Below are positions 25,376 through 39,584 of a stretch of 64,000 nucleotides of DNA, one piece after another. Under the pieces are notes generated by a model. That model saw only the letters and a list, made by a program, of their open reading frames with translations, did no database searches and was not told the origin of the DNA. The first letter of the stretch is position 1, and each line of letters begins with the position of its first letter. Source of the stretch: Octopus sinensis (lineage: Eukaryota); NCBI RefSeq assembly GCF_006345805.1, contig NC_042997.1, forward strand, positions 97,588,001-97,652,000, in the 5' to 3' direction. A program made the position numbers and the translations under genes.

Positions 25376-25434
<59 letters not shown>

Positions 25435-27919
25435 TTTATCTTATTTTGTACTTGTTTCAGTCATTTGATTGCGGCTATGCTGGGGCACTGCCTTGAAGGG
25501 TTTAAGTCAAATAAATTGACCCCAGGACTTATTTTGTTAAGCCTGGTACTTCTATTGTTCTCTTTTGTCGAACCAGTCAGTTATGGGTATGTAAGCATAT
25601 CAATACCAGTTGTCAAGTGGTGTTGAGGGACAAACACACACATATATATACGATGAGCGTCTTTCAGTTTCCTTCTACCAAATTCACTCAAAAGGCTTTG
25701 GTCAACCTGAGGCTATAATGGAAGACACTTGCCCAAGGTACCACACAGAGGGACTGAACCTGGCACCATGAAGTTGGAAAGCAAGCTTCTTACTAGCCAG
25801 CCACACCTACACTTACAATATGGCTGTCTAGTTTAGAAGCTCACTTAGCAAACCCATAGGTTGAAGTTCAGTCCCGCTGCAGAGCACCCTGGGCTAGTGG
25901 GTTCTGTTAAAGCCCTCAGCTTTCCAAAGCTTTGTGTGTGGATTTTGTAAATGAAAACTGAGTGGAAGACCATCATATTTGTGTGTGCAGGTGTTTGTAT
26001 ATATGCATGTGTGCATGCATTTTTGTGTTTGTGCTTCTTCACCACTTGACAAACAATTTTAGTTTTACCTGTCTGTAGCTCAGAGGTTCGATAAAGGAGA
26101 GCAATATTGTAAGAACCAGACTTAAAAGTTAGTCGATTTGCTCAACTGAACCCTTCAAAGTGAGGCTGCCTTCCACACCTTCAGCCTGCTTTTGTTTCAA
26201 GGCTGTTCAGCAAAAGCTCAACACTCATATGTCGTCTTTGATGGGAGAGTCCATCATATTCTCTTATTTGTTTCAGTTATTTGACTGTGGCCATGCTGGA
26301 GCACTGCCTTCAGTTGAACAAATTGACCCCAGGACTTATTCTTTGTAAGCCTAGTACTTATTCTATTGGTCTCTTTTGCTGAACTGCTAAGTTATGGAGA
26401 TGTAAACACTCCAACATTGGTTGCCAAGTGATGGTGGTGGTGGGGGGCAGACAGACACTCAAACATATACACACATACGCATATATATATATGACGGGCT
26501 TCTTTCAGTTTCCGTCTACAAAATCCACTCACAAGGCTTTGGTCAGCCTAAGACTATAGTAGAAGACACTTGCCCAACGTGTCATGCAGTGGGAGTGAAC
26601 CTGGAACCATGTGGTTGGTAAGCAAGTTACTTACTACACAGCCACTCCTGTAGTGTGTGTGTGTATATATATATATATTATATATATATATATATAATAT
26701 ATATATATATTATATATATATATATAAAAGAGCATAGGGATAGTTGTTTCATTCAGAAATTACTTTTACAATGTGGTTAGAGGTCCAATGTCAATGAGCC
26801 TACGGCACATTGGACAAGTAGTGTTTTCTTCTGTGGTCTTAGGTTTTGAGTGGGGTTGTATGATGAAAACCCTGCAGAAGCCCATTAGATGTGTGTATGA
26901 CTGGGTTATGTTTTACAGAGGCCCAAAAGCTGTTATGGTTTATGTTGTCTTAAATTAGCAACTCAGCAAATACAGGTCAATGAAATTTATACAGGGGCTA
27001 ATATTATCATCATCTTCATTTAATGTCTGTTTTCCATGCTGGTATGGGTTGGATGGTTTGACTGAAAGCTGGGGAGCTGCACCAGGTTCCATTCTGATTT
27101 GGCATGGCTTCTACAGCTGGATCCCCTTCTTAATACCAACTACTCCAAGAAGCTAGTGGGTGCTTTTTATGTGCCATATATATATATATATATATATATA
27201 CTGAGTTATACCAGATATTTTTTATCAATCTTTAACATACCCCACATATGTTAAGCCTGTTAAACACACACACACACATAAAAAACTTATCCCCCAATAC
27301 TTACATTAAAATAAAACTACCTAAAATAACTGATTTTAATTTACATTAAGATGTAAAAATCAATAAACTGGCTACCATAAACATCGAATAGCATTTCTCT
27401 ACCATTTGCCTTTATGTGTGTGTATTTGCACACATTTCTTTGTGTAAACATACATATATCTGCACGCACGTGTATTATATATGTATATTATAATGTGGAA
27501 TTTAATAATTGTAACTTAGCCATAAGTTTCACCTGTTGGTTTGTCAGGCTTGGCAAACTGACAGGTGAAACTTAATCTTATTCAAGAATTATTAACTTGT
27601 ACTAAATTTTATAATACTCTTCACTTTTAATGAAATACTTGTTTTTCTCCTGTTTATAGGCAATAGTATAATCCACTCATATAAATATATATATATATAT
27701 AAATACACACACACACACGCATTATATATATTGGCGCAGGCATGGCTTTGTGGTAAGAAGCTTTCTTCCCTACCACATGGTTCCAGGTTCAGTCCCACTG
27801 TGTGGCATCGTGGGCAAGTGTCCTCTAGCACAACTTTGGGCTGACCAAAGCCTTGTGTGTGGAATTTGTAGACAGAAACTGAAAGAATCCCGTCGTGTGT
27901 ATGTGTGTGTGTGTGTGTA

Positions 27920-28012
<93 letters not shown>

Positions 28013-31000
28013 GTGTGTGTGTGTGCGTGTTTTGTCCCCCCTCTTCGCTACTTGAATATCTGTGTTAGTGTGTTTACATCCCTGTAACTTAGTGGTTCAG
28101 AAAAATAGACTGGGGTCGATTTGTTTGACTAAAACTCTTGAAGGTCATGCTCCAGCATTGCCGCGGTCAAATGAGTGAAACAAGTGAAAGAATAAAAGAA
28201 CACACTCACACACACACACTGTGCTTTTCAACTAACCTGTTTTGTTTTCTGGCAGTGGTCAACCAATCTTATTAGCATGTTACTACTTGTCATAGTCCTT
28301 ATTCATTTGGCACTCATGACAACAGAGAAAAGTAGCAATCTTCCTTATTGTGTATGTCATTATTTTGTTTGATTTTTTTTTCCATCAACCTAGTTTTCAT
28401 GGTTGGTTGCTCTTCTCATGCATTATTTATTTATCAAAATAGTAGTGATTGTTAGAGGGTAGAGGTAAGAGTTCGGGGTGTGCCTGTACTTGTTTTTAGT
28501 ACCTTGATTCAATTCCTTTCAGAAGTTGGAGGAAATATAACACCTGCTCTTGTTTCTTGCAACACAATCCACTGAAGGCTTTTTATTGTAATACTGGTTA
28601 AATTTTTCTTCTACATTTCTTTAGGTCATCTAGATAGAGACAGTTATAGGAACATCTGAGAATGTTATGTTATAGAAAGGTTTCCTTAACCAAGGACTAT
28701 TATATCTTCACCTGTCTGCTCTGGATTTTGTGGTTGAAACTTATGAACTAGCTCTCATAAAGTTCTTGAAACAAATTAATTGCTCATTTGTTGTTTAAAG
28801 CAATTTTAATTTCTTTGGACACCTTAACTTCTTTTCCCTTTAAAACTTAAGGCTTGCAGCCTGTTGATTTGGTTTCTTAAAGTGTTTAGATTAATTAAGT
28901 CTGTTATCATGGGCTATGTTTTTAAAAGTATTACCATTATTTTTTTAGCAAATAGTATGTTTTGGTCAAGATCATTTTGAAGCATGTTATGTCCAAGCAC
29001 TTAATATTTCATAATATCTATAGCAAATGTTTTGTTCAGCATACAGCCATGTGAATTTACATTTTTAATACTATCATTATCATATTAGTGTTGTTCTATG
29101 TTGATTGTACAGTAGAAAAGGTATAAGCTTATGGAGAGCAGGCTCGGAGTAGCTCCATCATCTTAAATTACTCTCCTTTCTTAGTAACCAGATCTATTGA
29201 AGATCAGCTTGCTTATCACTCACCAGTGGGCCCTGGCCCTCCTTAAAAATAAATTCAAAAACAATGTTGTTAGGCATAGACATGGCTGCATGGTAAGAAG
29301 CTTACTTCCCAACCACATGGTTCCAGGTTCAGTCCCACTGCATGGCACCTAGGGAAAGTGTTTTCTGCTATAACCTGAGGCCAACCAAAGCCTTCTGAGT
29401 GGATTTGGTAGATGGAAACTGAAAGATACCTGTGATATATATGTGTTTGTTTGTCCCTTCCCCCATACTGTTTGGTGTGTTTACATTCCCGTAACTTAGC
29501 AGTTTGGCTTAAATGACTGATAGAGTAAACACTAGGCTTTAAAAAAAATAAGTCTTGGGGTCAATTTGTTTGGCTAAAAACCCTTCAAGGTGATGCTCCA
29601 GCATGGCTGCAGTCATCACTGAAACAAGTAAAAGAATACTTGACATAAAAAAAAGTATTTAATGTTGTTTGGCAAACAAATCTCATATTCTGTCCCCATC
29701 CCTGGTCTTCCACTAATCACTACACTCCCTATTTTCTCACAAGAATATTGGTCTTCTGGAATTCCTTCTTCGCCCATGTTTTTTGTGAAACCTTCAACTG
29801 GCAACTATGCAAGAAGAAGATTAATTCCATCAATCTCACTGGCTTCAGTGTGCTTGTGTAGGCCCAGTCCCTTCCTACAAGTCAAACCAATAAGAAAAAT
29901 ATTTAAAATTAAAGCTGATGCATGATAATAAGAGTGATCAAGATGCTGTTATAATTTACAGTTGGATGTGGAACTGTAGGAAATCTAATTCTCAATAAAT
30001 AACAGCAAAAAATCTTTTCAATTGTCAGGGTACTATAAGCCTTTGATAAGCTCCAGTGCTATATAGTCTAGTGTGAAATGAGAACCCTGAATTTGAAAGG
30101 CTCTAGAGAATGATTCAGAACATTTTTGTTTCTGGGAGCAGTAATTGTAGGATAAAGCCAGCAGTAGAATTAGTGAAGAATTTAATGTTGTCATCACATC
30201 ATATTAAGATTCCATCTTCTGTCTGCTTTACTTAATTAGTTTGTTCATTCACTTGTATTGTGTCCATTTTTCCATGCTAGAATGAATTAGACATCTTATT
30301 GAGGCATTGTTTTACAGCCAGATGACATTTTTGATGCTAATCCTTGCCTATATTTTAAGTTAGAGATCATTCTCCACATGGCTTCAAAGACACAAAACAA
30401 GTAGGTGATTTATTGACAAGAAATGCCAGCAGAACACTATACAAATACTAACTTTTGAATAAACGAGCAGCAGATGTTAACAACCACTGCACATATACAT
30501 ACATCATCATCATTTAAAGAAGTCTGTTTTCCATGCTGGCATGGGTTGGATATATTTCTTTTTTTAGTCTTTGTTTATCAAATCTACTCACAAGGCTTTG
30601 GTTGGCCTGGAGTTATAATAGAAGGTACTTGCCAAAGTTATTGCACAATGGAACTGAACCCAAAGCCACTAAGTTGAGAATTGAACTTCTTAAACATACA
30701 GCCATACCCTTGCCTATTTTTGCCCGAAGCAAACAGATTCAGGACTGGATATCCTTAGGTGTTGTAAAACTAGAAAATATATGAAATTTGAAGGAATGGG
30801 TTGGAAGCAAAAACCCTAAAATTAAAAAAATATATAAGTAGATATCAAGACAGTACATCTTGACAGCACCATGGAAGAGGTCTTCAGTTTACATGAACTC
30901 ATTATTGTGTGTATTGAACTCAGTGTTGTGTGTAGCTAGGGCAAACTGAGTATACAAAATCTGCAATAGGATCGCTGACAAAGAACCATGAGTAAAGGTG

Positions 31001-31454
31001 CAACAGATGTATTGACCAAAGACTGTAGCTGTGATTATAAGTGAGTTGATTTGGTGGAAATAATTCTGTTTCATTGGTGATGTAATTAGCACTAGAGGTG
31101 ATTTTACTGAAGAGTTATAATTGAAGCAAAAGAAATTCTGAGAACTGTCAGATCACTCTTGATCATGTAAGCCTATGATTTGATGCAATATAGTTTCTAA
31201 ATCAAAAAATATCAGCTCCTGCCCCACTCACCACCAAAACAGTATGGTTAAAATGTTTAGCAAGTATATAACTGCTATTTCTTGTAGATTGGGTAATTTA
31301 TGAAGTAACTATCTTATTGATTAGGCTGAGAAATATTATCCCTGATGACAAAAAAAGACATTTCTCTCTTTGTAAAATAATCAGAAAATTAGAGATATGT
31401 GTAAGAAGTGCAATAATACTGTATAACAATATTGTATAACAATAATACAATATA

Positions 31455-32706
31455 CGATGGGCGTTCAATAAGTAATGCCCCTGACCCACCTGCAGTTGTT
31501 TGATCTAGCTGAAATTTTGCATGTGCACTTATTTATACCTCTATAGATTAAGTGGCGAATTACAGCTCTGAACTAATTGTGGTTTCTGATTTACAGGTGT
31601 TTGAACTGAGTCAAGTGTGAAATGGAGCCTGTTGAGTGTCGAGCAGTGATCTGGTTTTTGTATTTGAAAGGACGCACACCACGGGAGACTTTTGATGAAA
31701 TGAAAGTAACTTATGGTGATGATGCCCCATCATATGACCTTGTAAAACGCTGGCATTGTGAATTCAAACATGGTTGGAACTCTGTGGAAACAGCTCCCAG
31801 ATCTGGTCGCCCCCTTCTGCCGTTGATGAGACGTCTGTCCGTCAAGTTGAGGCTGCCATTTTGGAAGGTCAACGCATAACTATTCGCCAAATAGCCCATA
31901 AGGTCAAGATTAGTACCGGGTCTGTGGAAACTATCATTCATGACCATTTGCATATGCAAAAGGTGTCTGCCAGATGGATTTCCAGGTTGCTCACACCTTT
32001 CCAGAAGCAAGAACGCGTTGAGTGCTCGAGGATGAATTTGGAGATGTGCCAAGATGAGTCAAAATTTTTCAAAAGACTGATCACACAGGATAAAACCTGG
32101 GTCCATCACTATGATCCATAGACCAAAGCCCAGTCAATGCAGTGAAAGCACCGTGACTCACCTCCTCCAAAGAAGGCAAGGGTGCAGCCCTCTGCTGACA
32201 AGGTTATGCTCACAGTCTTCTGGGACCAGGACGGAGTAGTGATGACAGATTTCCTGGCAAAGGGTACCACAATTACAGGAGCCTATTATGCTTCACTTTT
32301 GAGGAAATTAAGAGAAGCTATCAAAATCAAGAGGCGGGGCAAGATCAGCAAAGGCATCCTCCTCCTGCAGGACAACGCTCCGGTCCACAACTCGCGTGTC
32401 GCCAGATCACACTATGAACTCCTCCCCTTGCACCCTCTGATTTTCACCTCTTCCCAGCCATGAAGTTGATTTTGAAAGGAAAGCGTTTCCCAGATGATGC
32501 AGCCTTGATTTCTGAAGTCACGTCGTGGTTGGAGGACCAAGCTGGGGTCTTCTACAAAAACGGTCTCCAGAGCTGTATCAAACGATGGGAGAAATGCATA
32601 ACTCTGGGTAGTTCCTATGTAGGAAAAGACTAATAACTGTGCCAAGTGTCGTTGCTCTACTCCTATGGGAAGTGGGTCAGGGGCATTACTTATTGAACGC
32701 CCCTCG
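31455..32706 (+). mobile_element. Full-length mariner (DD34D-type) transposon with defective transposase
   Basis: TIRs CGA(T/G)GGGCGTTCAATAAGTAATGCCCCTGACCCA flanked by TA. The transposase starts at 31622 (MEPVECRAV...RSGRP, ITQDKTWVHHYDP, LQDNAPVH) and has frameshifts and stops. Confidence 0.95.
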
Positions 32707-34984
32707 TAACAAGTTGAAGGGATTTGTAGCAATCAAGGAACTTTTAGTTGATTTTTTTTTTCTTTTAATTAGTTTGTCATTGAACTGCAGCTGGACTATG
32801 ACATCATCTTCGAGGGTTTTGGTTAACTACATTAGCTCAGTGAAGGTGTTTGGTCTTGTGGGAGGCAGCGTTTGATTCCCAGTCTGTGGGGAATATGGCT
32901 AAAGTTCTTCATTTCACATTGCTTGAGTCCTCACTACTGAAAATGCAGCAGAGTTGCACCTCACATTATTAGTCCCTTCGGTGTGTGGTATGAAGCTTGC
33001 TTCTCAACCACATGATCCTGGATTCAGTGCCACTGCAAGACACCCTGGGCAAGTGTCTTCTACTACAGCTTCGGGCAAACCAAATCCTTGTGAGTGGATT
33101 TGGAAGGCCGAAACTGAAAGAGGCCCGTCGTGTGTGTGTGGATAGGTAGATATATGTGTTTTTGTGTCTGTTTGTCCCCACCCACCCATCGCTGCTTGAC
33201 GACCGGTGTTGGTGTGTTTACGTCTCAGTAATTTAGCGGTTTGGCGAAGTGACCGATAGAACGAGTACTAGGCTTCAAAAAATCCTGGGGTCGATTTATT
33301 CGACTAAAATGCTTCATAGTGGTGCTCCAGTATGGACATAGTCAAATGACTTAAGTTGACGAAAAAAAGTTATAATATAAAGATGTCAACAGATCTTGAC
33401 GGCTGTAAGCGCACTGGCTACTGGTATTTTTATCAGTTTTTGGAAGAGGAGATAACCAAAGTCATCTCCTGGTTATAAAGGGACATAACTGTGCTGGGAC
33501 ACGCAAATCTCAAGAAAATTTCGCTCGATGCACAGATTTTTAGATCTTACGCACGCACTCACGCACACACACACACACACTCTCTCTATGTCTCTCTCGC
33601 ACACGTATTTAAGTTTGTGCGTTTCAGGTTACTCGTGGTGCTACTGGTAGCACGTAACCCAGTACAACCTGTCACAAGGTCGCGCCATCGACGACTAAAC
33701 TAACGACCTTACCACGCTTGCTTGGTTATGAGGGTGCTTTTCGTTGGACAACCTGCACAACGAAAAACCTGTCGAAGAGCCGATGCACTTGGTAGAGTCA
33801 ATGGCCAGCCAAGAGCTGGGAGTGAAAGATCTCTAGTCTTTATTTAAACATCTGTATAAGAGTAGAAAAATTGATGTAACACCTGTAACTTGGTTTTTTT
33901 TTTTTCCAATAATGTAGACTAGTACTTCTTGGACAAATGCATGCGTTTGGGATTATCTCTGTTCAAAGCTTTTGTGCACTTTCAAAAGCTTCAGGCACAG
34001 GTGTTGCTTCATTTTTAATACTTCTATTATGTGTTGCATATTATGGCTTGCCGTAGTTGAATAAGACAAACTGCTCGATGAAAAACATGATGGAATGAAA
34101 GCTTGTGTCAGTGTAGGTGGGGTCTGGAGATCTACAGCTAGAAGCACCTATCATTTCCAGATCTGTGCTGCTTATATTCAAGAGAACACTGCCAGCTGTC
34201 ATGTATGTCTATCTGGACTTTTACATATATAATATACCAAATTACGTGTGCGTGTAAAGAGAGAGAAAGTAAAAGCGTGGTTGTCTATGCATACAGGTTG
34301 TTTCCTACATTCCTCTCCAGCTGAGCATTTCTAACCTTGAGGGCTTGTGGGTGCTGGTGCCACATAAAAAGCACCTGCATTTCTTCCAGCTTTGTGTTCT
34401 TAGTTCAGATGCTTTTGAGGTTGCCTTTGCTTTTCATCCTTCTTAGGATCAATAAAATAAGTATCAGTCAAGGATTGGGATCAATCTAATCAAATTGTGC
34501 CCTCTCTTGAATATTGCTGACCCTATCACAAATTCAAAAGAAATAATAATAATAAAGGTCCTCAAAATTACTGATCTTGTGCCTAGTAGGGTGCCAAGAG
34601 CACCATCCGAGCATGATCGTTGCCAGAGTGGCTAACTGGTTTCCATGCCGGTGGCACGTAAAAGGACCATTCGAGCATGATCATTACCAGCGTCACCTTA
34701 CTGGCACCTGTTCCGGTGGTACGTGTAAAAAGATTCAAGCTAGGTTGCCAGTACCGCCTGACTGGCCCCCGTGCTGGTGGCACGTAAAAAGCAAAAGCAT
34801 CCACTACACTCTCAGAGTGGTTGGCGTTAGGAAGGGCATCCAACTGTAGAAACTCTGCCAGATCAAGATTGGAGCCTGGTGCAGCCATCTGGTTCGCCAG
34901 CCCTCAGTCAAAATCGTCCAACCCATACTAGCATGGAGAGTGGACGTTAAACGATGATGATGATGATAAAATTTAACCATACTG

Positions 34985-35480
34985 ATAAATGTTATGTACA
35001 TGAACCTAAGAAAGTACTAGAAAGTAAGAAATATTAGACGTTGTGGGGCTTTAACATTTGGGCTGACAGAGTAATATAAGTAGAAGGCCTTATTTAGTAG
35101 TAGTAGATAATGAGAAAAGAAAGTCAGATAATTGACTTTACAGTCCCAAATGATGAGAAAGTCAATATGACAGGTATAGAGAGAATGGCAAAGCACCAGG
35201 ACCTAGACATTGAGTTACAGAGACTATAGAAAGTGCCGGTAAAATTTACACCTGTAGTTATAGGTGTATTAAGAACTATCCCTAAAGATTTGAACAGATG
35301 GATAGAGGAAATAAGCATAAAACCCAGTTTAGTACACATCCAGAAAACTGTTATTAGGGACAGCTAGGATACTTAGAGTTCTTGGCATCTAAGGTTACTT
35401 GTTGTGGCCTGATGTTAGGAATTTTTCTTTTCCAACTGTCTAATCTGTTGAGTGTATATGAAATAATGATGATGATGATT
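34985..35480 (+). mobile_element. R4/Dong-clade (RLE) non-LTR retrotransposon 3' fragment
   Basis: HEPKKVLE...LWGFNIWADRVI...QIIDFTVPND...KHQDLDIELQRL*KVPVKFTPVVIGVL...QKTV..LGTARILR, followed by a (TGA)n tail ending about 50 nt before the exon 3 acceptor. Confidence 0.75.
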
Positions 35481-35528
35481 CAATCTGTACAACACTTGTA
35501 AAATAATTTGATTTTACTCTATTTTCAG

Positions 35529-36342
35529 GCGGGCTTGATTCTACTTCTCATCATTGCTAGCCTTACCAGCCACTGTTGTCAGCTGATTGTGAAATGTAAA
35601 TATTATGCTTTGGATATTCTTCTTTGGAAATTCGATGCCCGTCACTTGAAGTCATCTGATAATATGGATCAACAGCGCCTTGAGCTGGAAAGTCAACTAC
35701 AGAGACAACTATCCTATGGAGACATTGGCATGATTGCTTTTGGCCGTATTGGTCAAGGTGTCGTGAACTTTTGTGTCTTTTTAACGCAGTTTGGTTACTG
35801 CATCGGCTATTCCATTTTTGTTGGTAACACACTGCTATCTTTTTTCCCTGTTGTTCCGCAATGTGTGCTTTTACATGTGGCAAACAACACTCAGCTTAAC
35901 ACCTCTTTAAGTTTGAAGCACATAATGGGAATTCCTTCTAACCAATTTAATCGTTTACCAAACCACAGTATATCTTGGAACTGCACTAATGTTTTTAACA
36001 AAAGTGGAACTTTAATTCCACCTTCAGTGACTGAAACCCCTAAGGGCACTAAAAAAACAGTTATCTCTCACCTCAGTAACCACAATGCCACTTTCCCAGT
36101 TACGACATCAATATCACCTTCAATATCCACAGATATAATCACTTCATCTTCACATCTTTTGCTACCACGTGTTTCCTTTGTAAAGATGGCACCCAATCTG
36201 TATATTCTCATTTTGCTTCAATTACCGATTCTCATCCTGTTCTCCTTTGTTCGAAATATGCGTGTCTTGGGAATTATAAGTATTTGTGCCAATGCATCTA
36301 TTGTTCTTGGTTGGGGTGCCATCATGATTTTCCTTTTCATAA
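35529..36342 (+). CDS. Amino-acid transporter, coding exon 3 (TM2-TM5 plus long S/T/P-rich loop)
   Basis: TTTTCAG| ... |GTAAGT. AGLILLLIIASLTSHCCQLIVKCK...LSYGDIGMIAFG...QFGYCIGYSIFVGNTL...LSFVRNMRVLGIISICAN. Phase 0 in, phase 1 out. Confidence 0.93.
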
Positions 36343-39300
36343 GTAAGTAGTAAAACTGATTTGTTAATCCTTTTTATTAATATGTCTGTCTGTCTGTTTG
36401 CCTTTGTATTTTTATTATCATGCTTAAAACAGTTTATTTTTAACCATTTAGCATTCATATTACTCTGTTAGATATAATGCTTCTTTATTCACATTGTTTT
36501 GAATTAATCATAAATTACTTTGTAACTTCGGGATTTCAATTATGTGATGGTTTATTTTTAGAGTAACATTGTAGGGTAGGTGTGAGAAGCCAGATCTGGC
36601 CAATTTGCACCAAAAACAGATAGAATAGATATAGTTGGTTTAAGTGCTAAAGGGTTAATTTTTTGCACTGTTCTTTAGAAAATAAAATGATGCTTGCAAA
36701 GAGGTTGTGAAAACTATGTAAAATACTCAGCAAAAATAATAAAAAATGTTGCAGAAATGTTTAACCCATCACTCTTTAAACTGGTCATATCTGGCCAAAA
36801 TATTCTACCAGTTTTATGTTCAAACTGGCGAGATCTGGTTTCTCACACCAACCCTACAATATCATTCTAAAAATTAATAGTTACCTCATTATAATCTCAA
36901 AGCTACAAAATAATGCATGATTAGTTTGAAACAATGAGAATTAATAAGCATTACTTTTGATTGAATAATGTCTATGTTAAAAGGTTAATTTTGAGTATGC
37001 AATTTTCTCAAACGAAAAAAAAAAAGAAAAATATCTTTAGCTGATGTTGGCCATCAATATCTAATTTTTACAAATTATGGATGCTTTCTAAATATTAACT
37101 CTTTTCAATGTTGCGGGTTAAAAGAGGTATAGATTTACTCACTGTGTTGTGAGCTGAGAAATAGCCAGTTAGGATAATGACAGCATCTCTGGCAGTAGCT
37201 TTTCCTGCCTTTGTTTTATCTATCACACTGATAACAGAGTTGTAATACTTTGTGATAGTGCACTTATGGAAGACAAGGCAAATGGGTCCTTATTTCATTC
37301 ATGCTGTTTATTGATTTGTCATTTGTTTCAGCTGCATAGCATTGATACATTATAGGTATAAGTTTACTGTTTCAACATAACATCAGCATTCATTGAAATG
37401 TGTTGGCTGAAATATTAATAATCCACTTCCTTGAAATGTATAAATCATAAGTTAGTGACAATGAAATGGAATTGTACAGATTATCTTTTATCTTTCACTT
37501 GTTTTTGTCATTGGACTGCAACCATGCTTGGGCACTGCTTTGATGAGTTTAGTCAAACAAATTAACTCCTGTAGTCATTTTTTAACCCTTTAGTATGCAG
37601 ATTACTCTGTCAAATGTAATGCTTATGTATTCACATTGTTTTGAATTAATTGTCCATTTTCTTGTAGCTTTGAGATTTTTATCATGTATTTGTATATTTT
37701 GGGAGTAACATCATAGAGTAGGTGTGAGAGACAAGATATGGTTAGTTTGGACACAAAACAGTTAAATCCTAGTACTTATTTCATTAGTCTCTTTTTGCTT
37801 AAGTTACAGGGACATAAACAACCCAACACTGGTTGTCTAGTGGTGAGGGGAACAAACACAGGCATAAAGACACACACACACACACATGATGGGCTTCTTT
37901 GAGCTTCTCTCTACCAAATTTATTCACAAGGCTTTTGTCAGCCCAGGGCTATAATAGAAGACACTTGCCTAAGTTGCAATGCAATGAGGCTGACCCTGGA
38001 GCCATGTGGTCAGAAACAAACTTATTACTACACAGCCAGTTATTCAGTCAACTTAACTACATATACAATGTCCTATCTGTGTAGGAGGCTGTGTATTCCA
38101 TACAGGTTAGTGCCCTTTGATGAAATCTTCTGACACAAAGAGAACGAATAATATATGACAATACTGGTCAGTTTTAATTGCTGATACTCTCCAGCCAGTA
38201 GGTCTTGCCATGATTTCAGTCTATCCAGTTGCATTAACAAGGCTTGTGTCAACCCATTACTATGGCAGAAGACACTTATCCTACTTAATAAGCATCATTA
38301 AGATCATGGTGACCTCATGGCTGCTAATTGAACTTCTTAACTCTTCAACCCTGTCTTCACCACCACCACCACCACCACCACCCTCTCACTAATTTCCTTA
38401 AGGGTTGTAGGTCAGATTTACTTTGCAGTGCTTATCTTTCAAACATTACACAGAAAGAGAAAAATATTAAAAAAAACTATTATATATGCTTTGAGCAAGT
38501 GTCTTCTACTATAGCCTTGGCTGACCAAAGCTTTGTGAGTGGATTTGGTAGAAAGAAACTGAAAGAAGCCCAGTGTGTTTGTGTGTATGTATGTATGCTG
38601 GGTGGTTGGTGTTAGGAAGGGCATCAAGCTGTAAAAAACCCTGCCAAAACAGACAGAAGTCTGGTGCAGGCTCCTGGCTGGCTGGCTCCGGTCAAACCAT
38701 CTCAACCCATGCCAGCATGGAAGTTGAATATTAAAGGATGATGATAATGATATAGATAGGTGTGTTTATTCCCACCCCCACTCACCGCCTGACAACCAGT
38801 GTTGGTGTGTTTATGTCCCCATAACTTCAGTTCATAAAAAGAGATCGACAGAATAAATATGAGGCTTTGTCCAACTAAAATTCTTCAAAGCAGTGCCCCA
38901 GCATAGTCGCACTCTAATGGCTAAAACAAGTAAAATATGTGTGTGTGTATATCTGTGTGTGTGTGTGTGCATGCGTTTGTGTGTGAGACACCAATATATT
39001 TTGATATAAATATAAACACACCTGGTTATATAAGTGCGCAAAAACCATTTATGAAAATGCTATTGCTGTGAGTCATCAAATATTTTTAAACATAGAATGT
39101 TTTTGTTTTTCTTTCATATTGAATACAAATGTATTTTGTATAATTTAATATTGAAATTTTAATGATTTATTTTTAATTGAATATTTTTAATTACTAATAT
39201 GACAACAGCTTGTTCAAATTATTCATGTTTTTTAATCCGATGCTTAACACTAATGAACAATTTTTGACATTTAAAATACTTTTGCTCGTTTTATATGAAA

Positions 39301-39546
39301 TCTTGGAGTTTTAAGTACTTATGTTTGAATAATGTTATCATATGCATGTAATCAAAAATAATAGTATCAGGTAGTTAGAAATACCATGAACTCTTAGCAC
39401 ATTTGCAGAAATAAGTTTGGGCATTCTATAAATGGCTTCATATACATTCTCATACATTCAAAATTGAGATAAAGAGTTATAATGGGTACATTTCAAGTGT
39501 GGTAGTGTGGATATTTATATTTTATAGTTTATGAAACTTGTGTCTA

Positions 39547-39584
<38 letters not shown>

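Larger units (their letters stand above)
24536..25376. mobile_element. Foldback element with 338/335-bp inverted arms and a 168-bp spacer, probably inverted Penelope-like pseudo-LTRs
   Basis: Arms 24536-24873 and 25042-25376 differ by 1 substitution and 3 single-base indels. Each arm has a hammerhead motif. TA-rich microsatellites lie on both sides. The Penelope origin is inferred. Confidence 0.85.
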
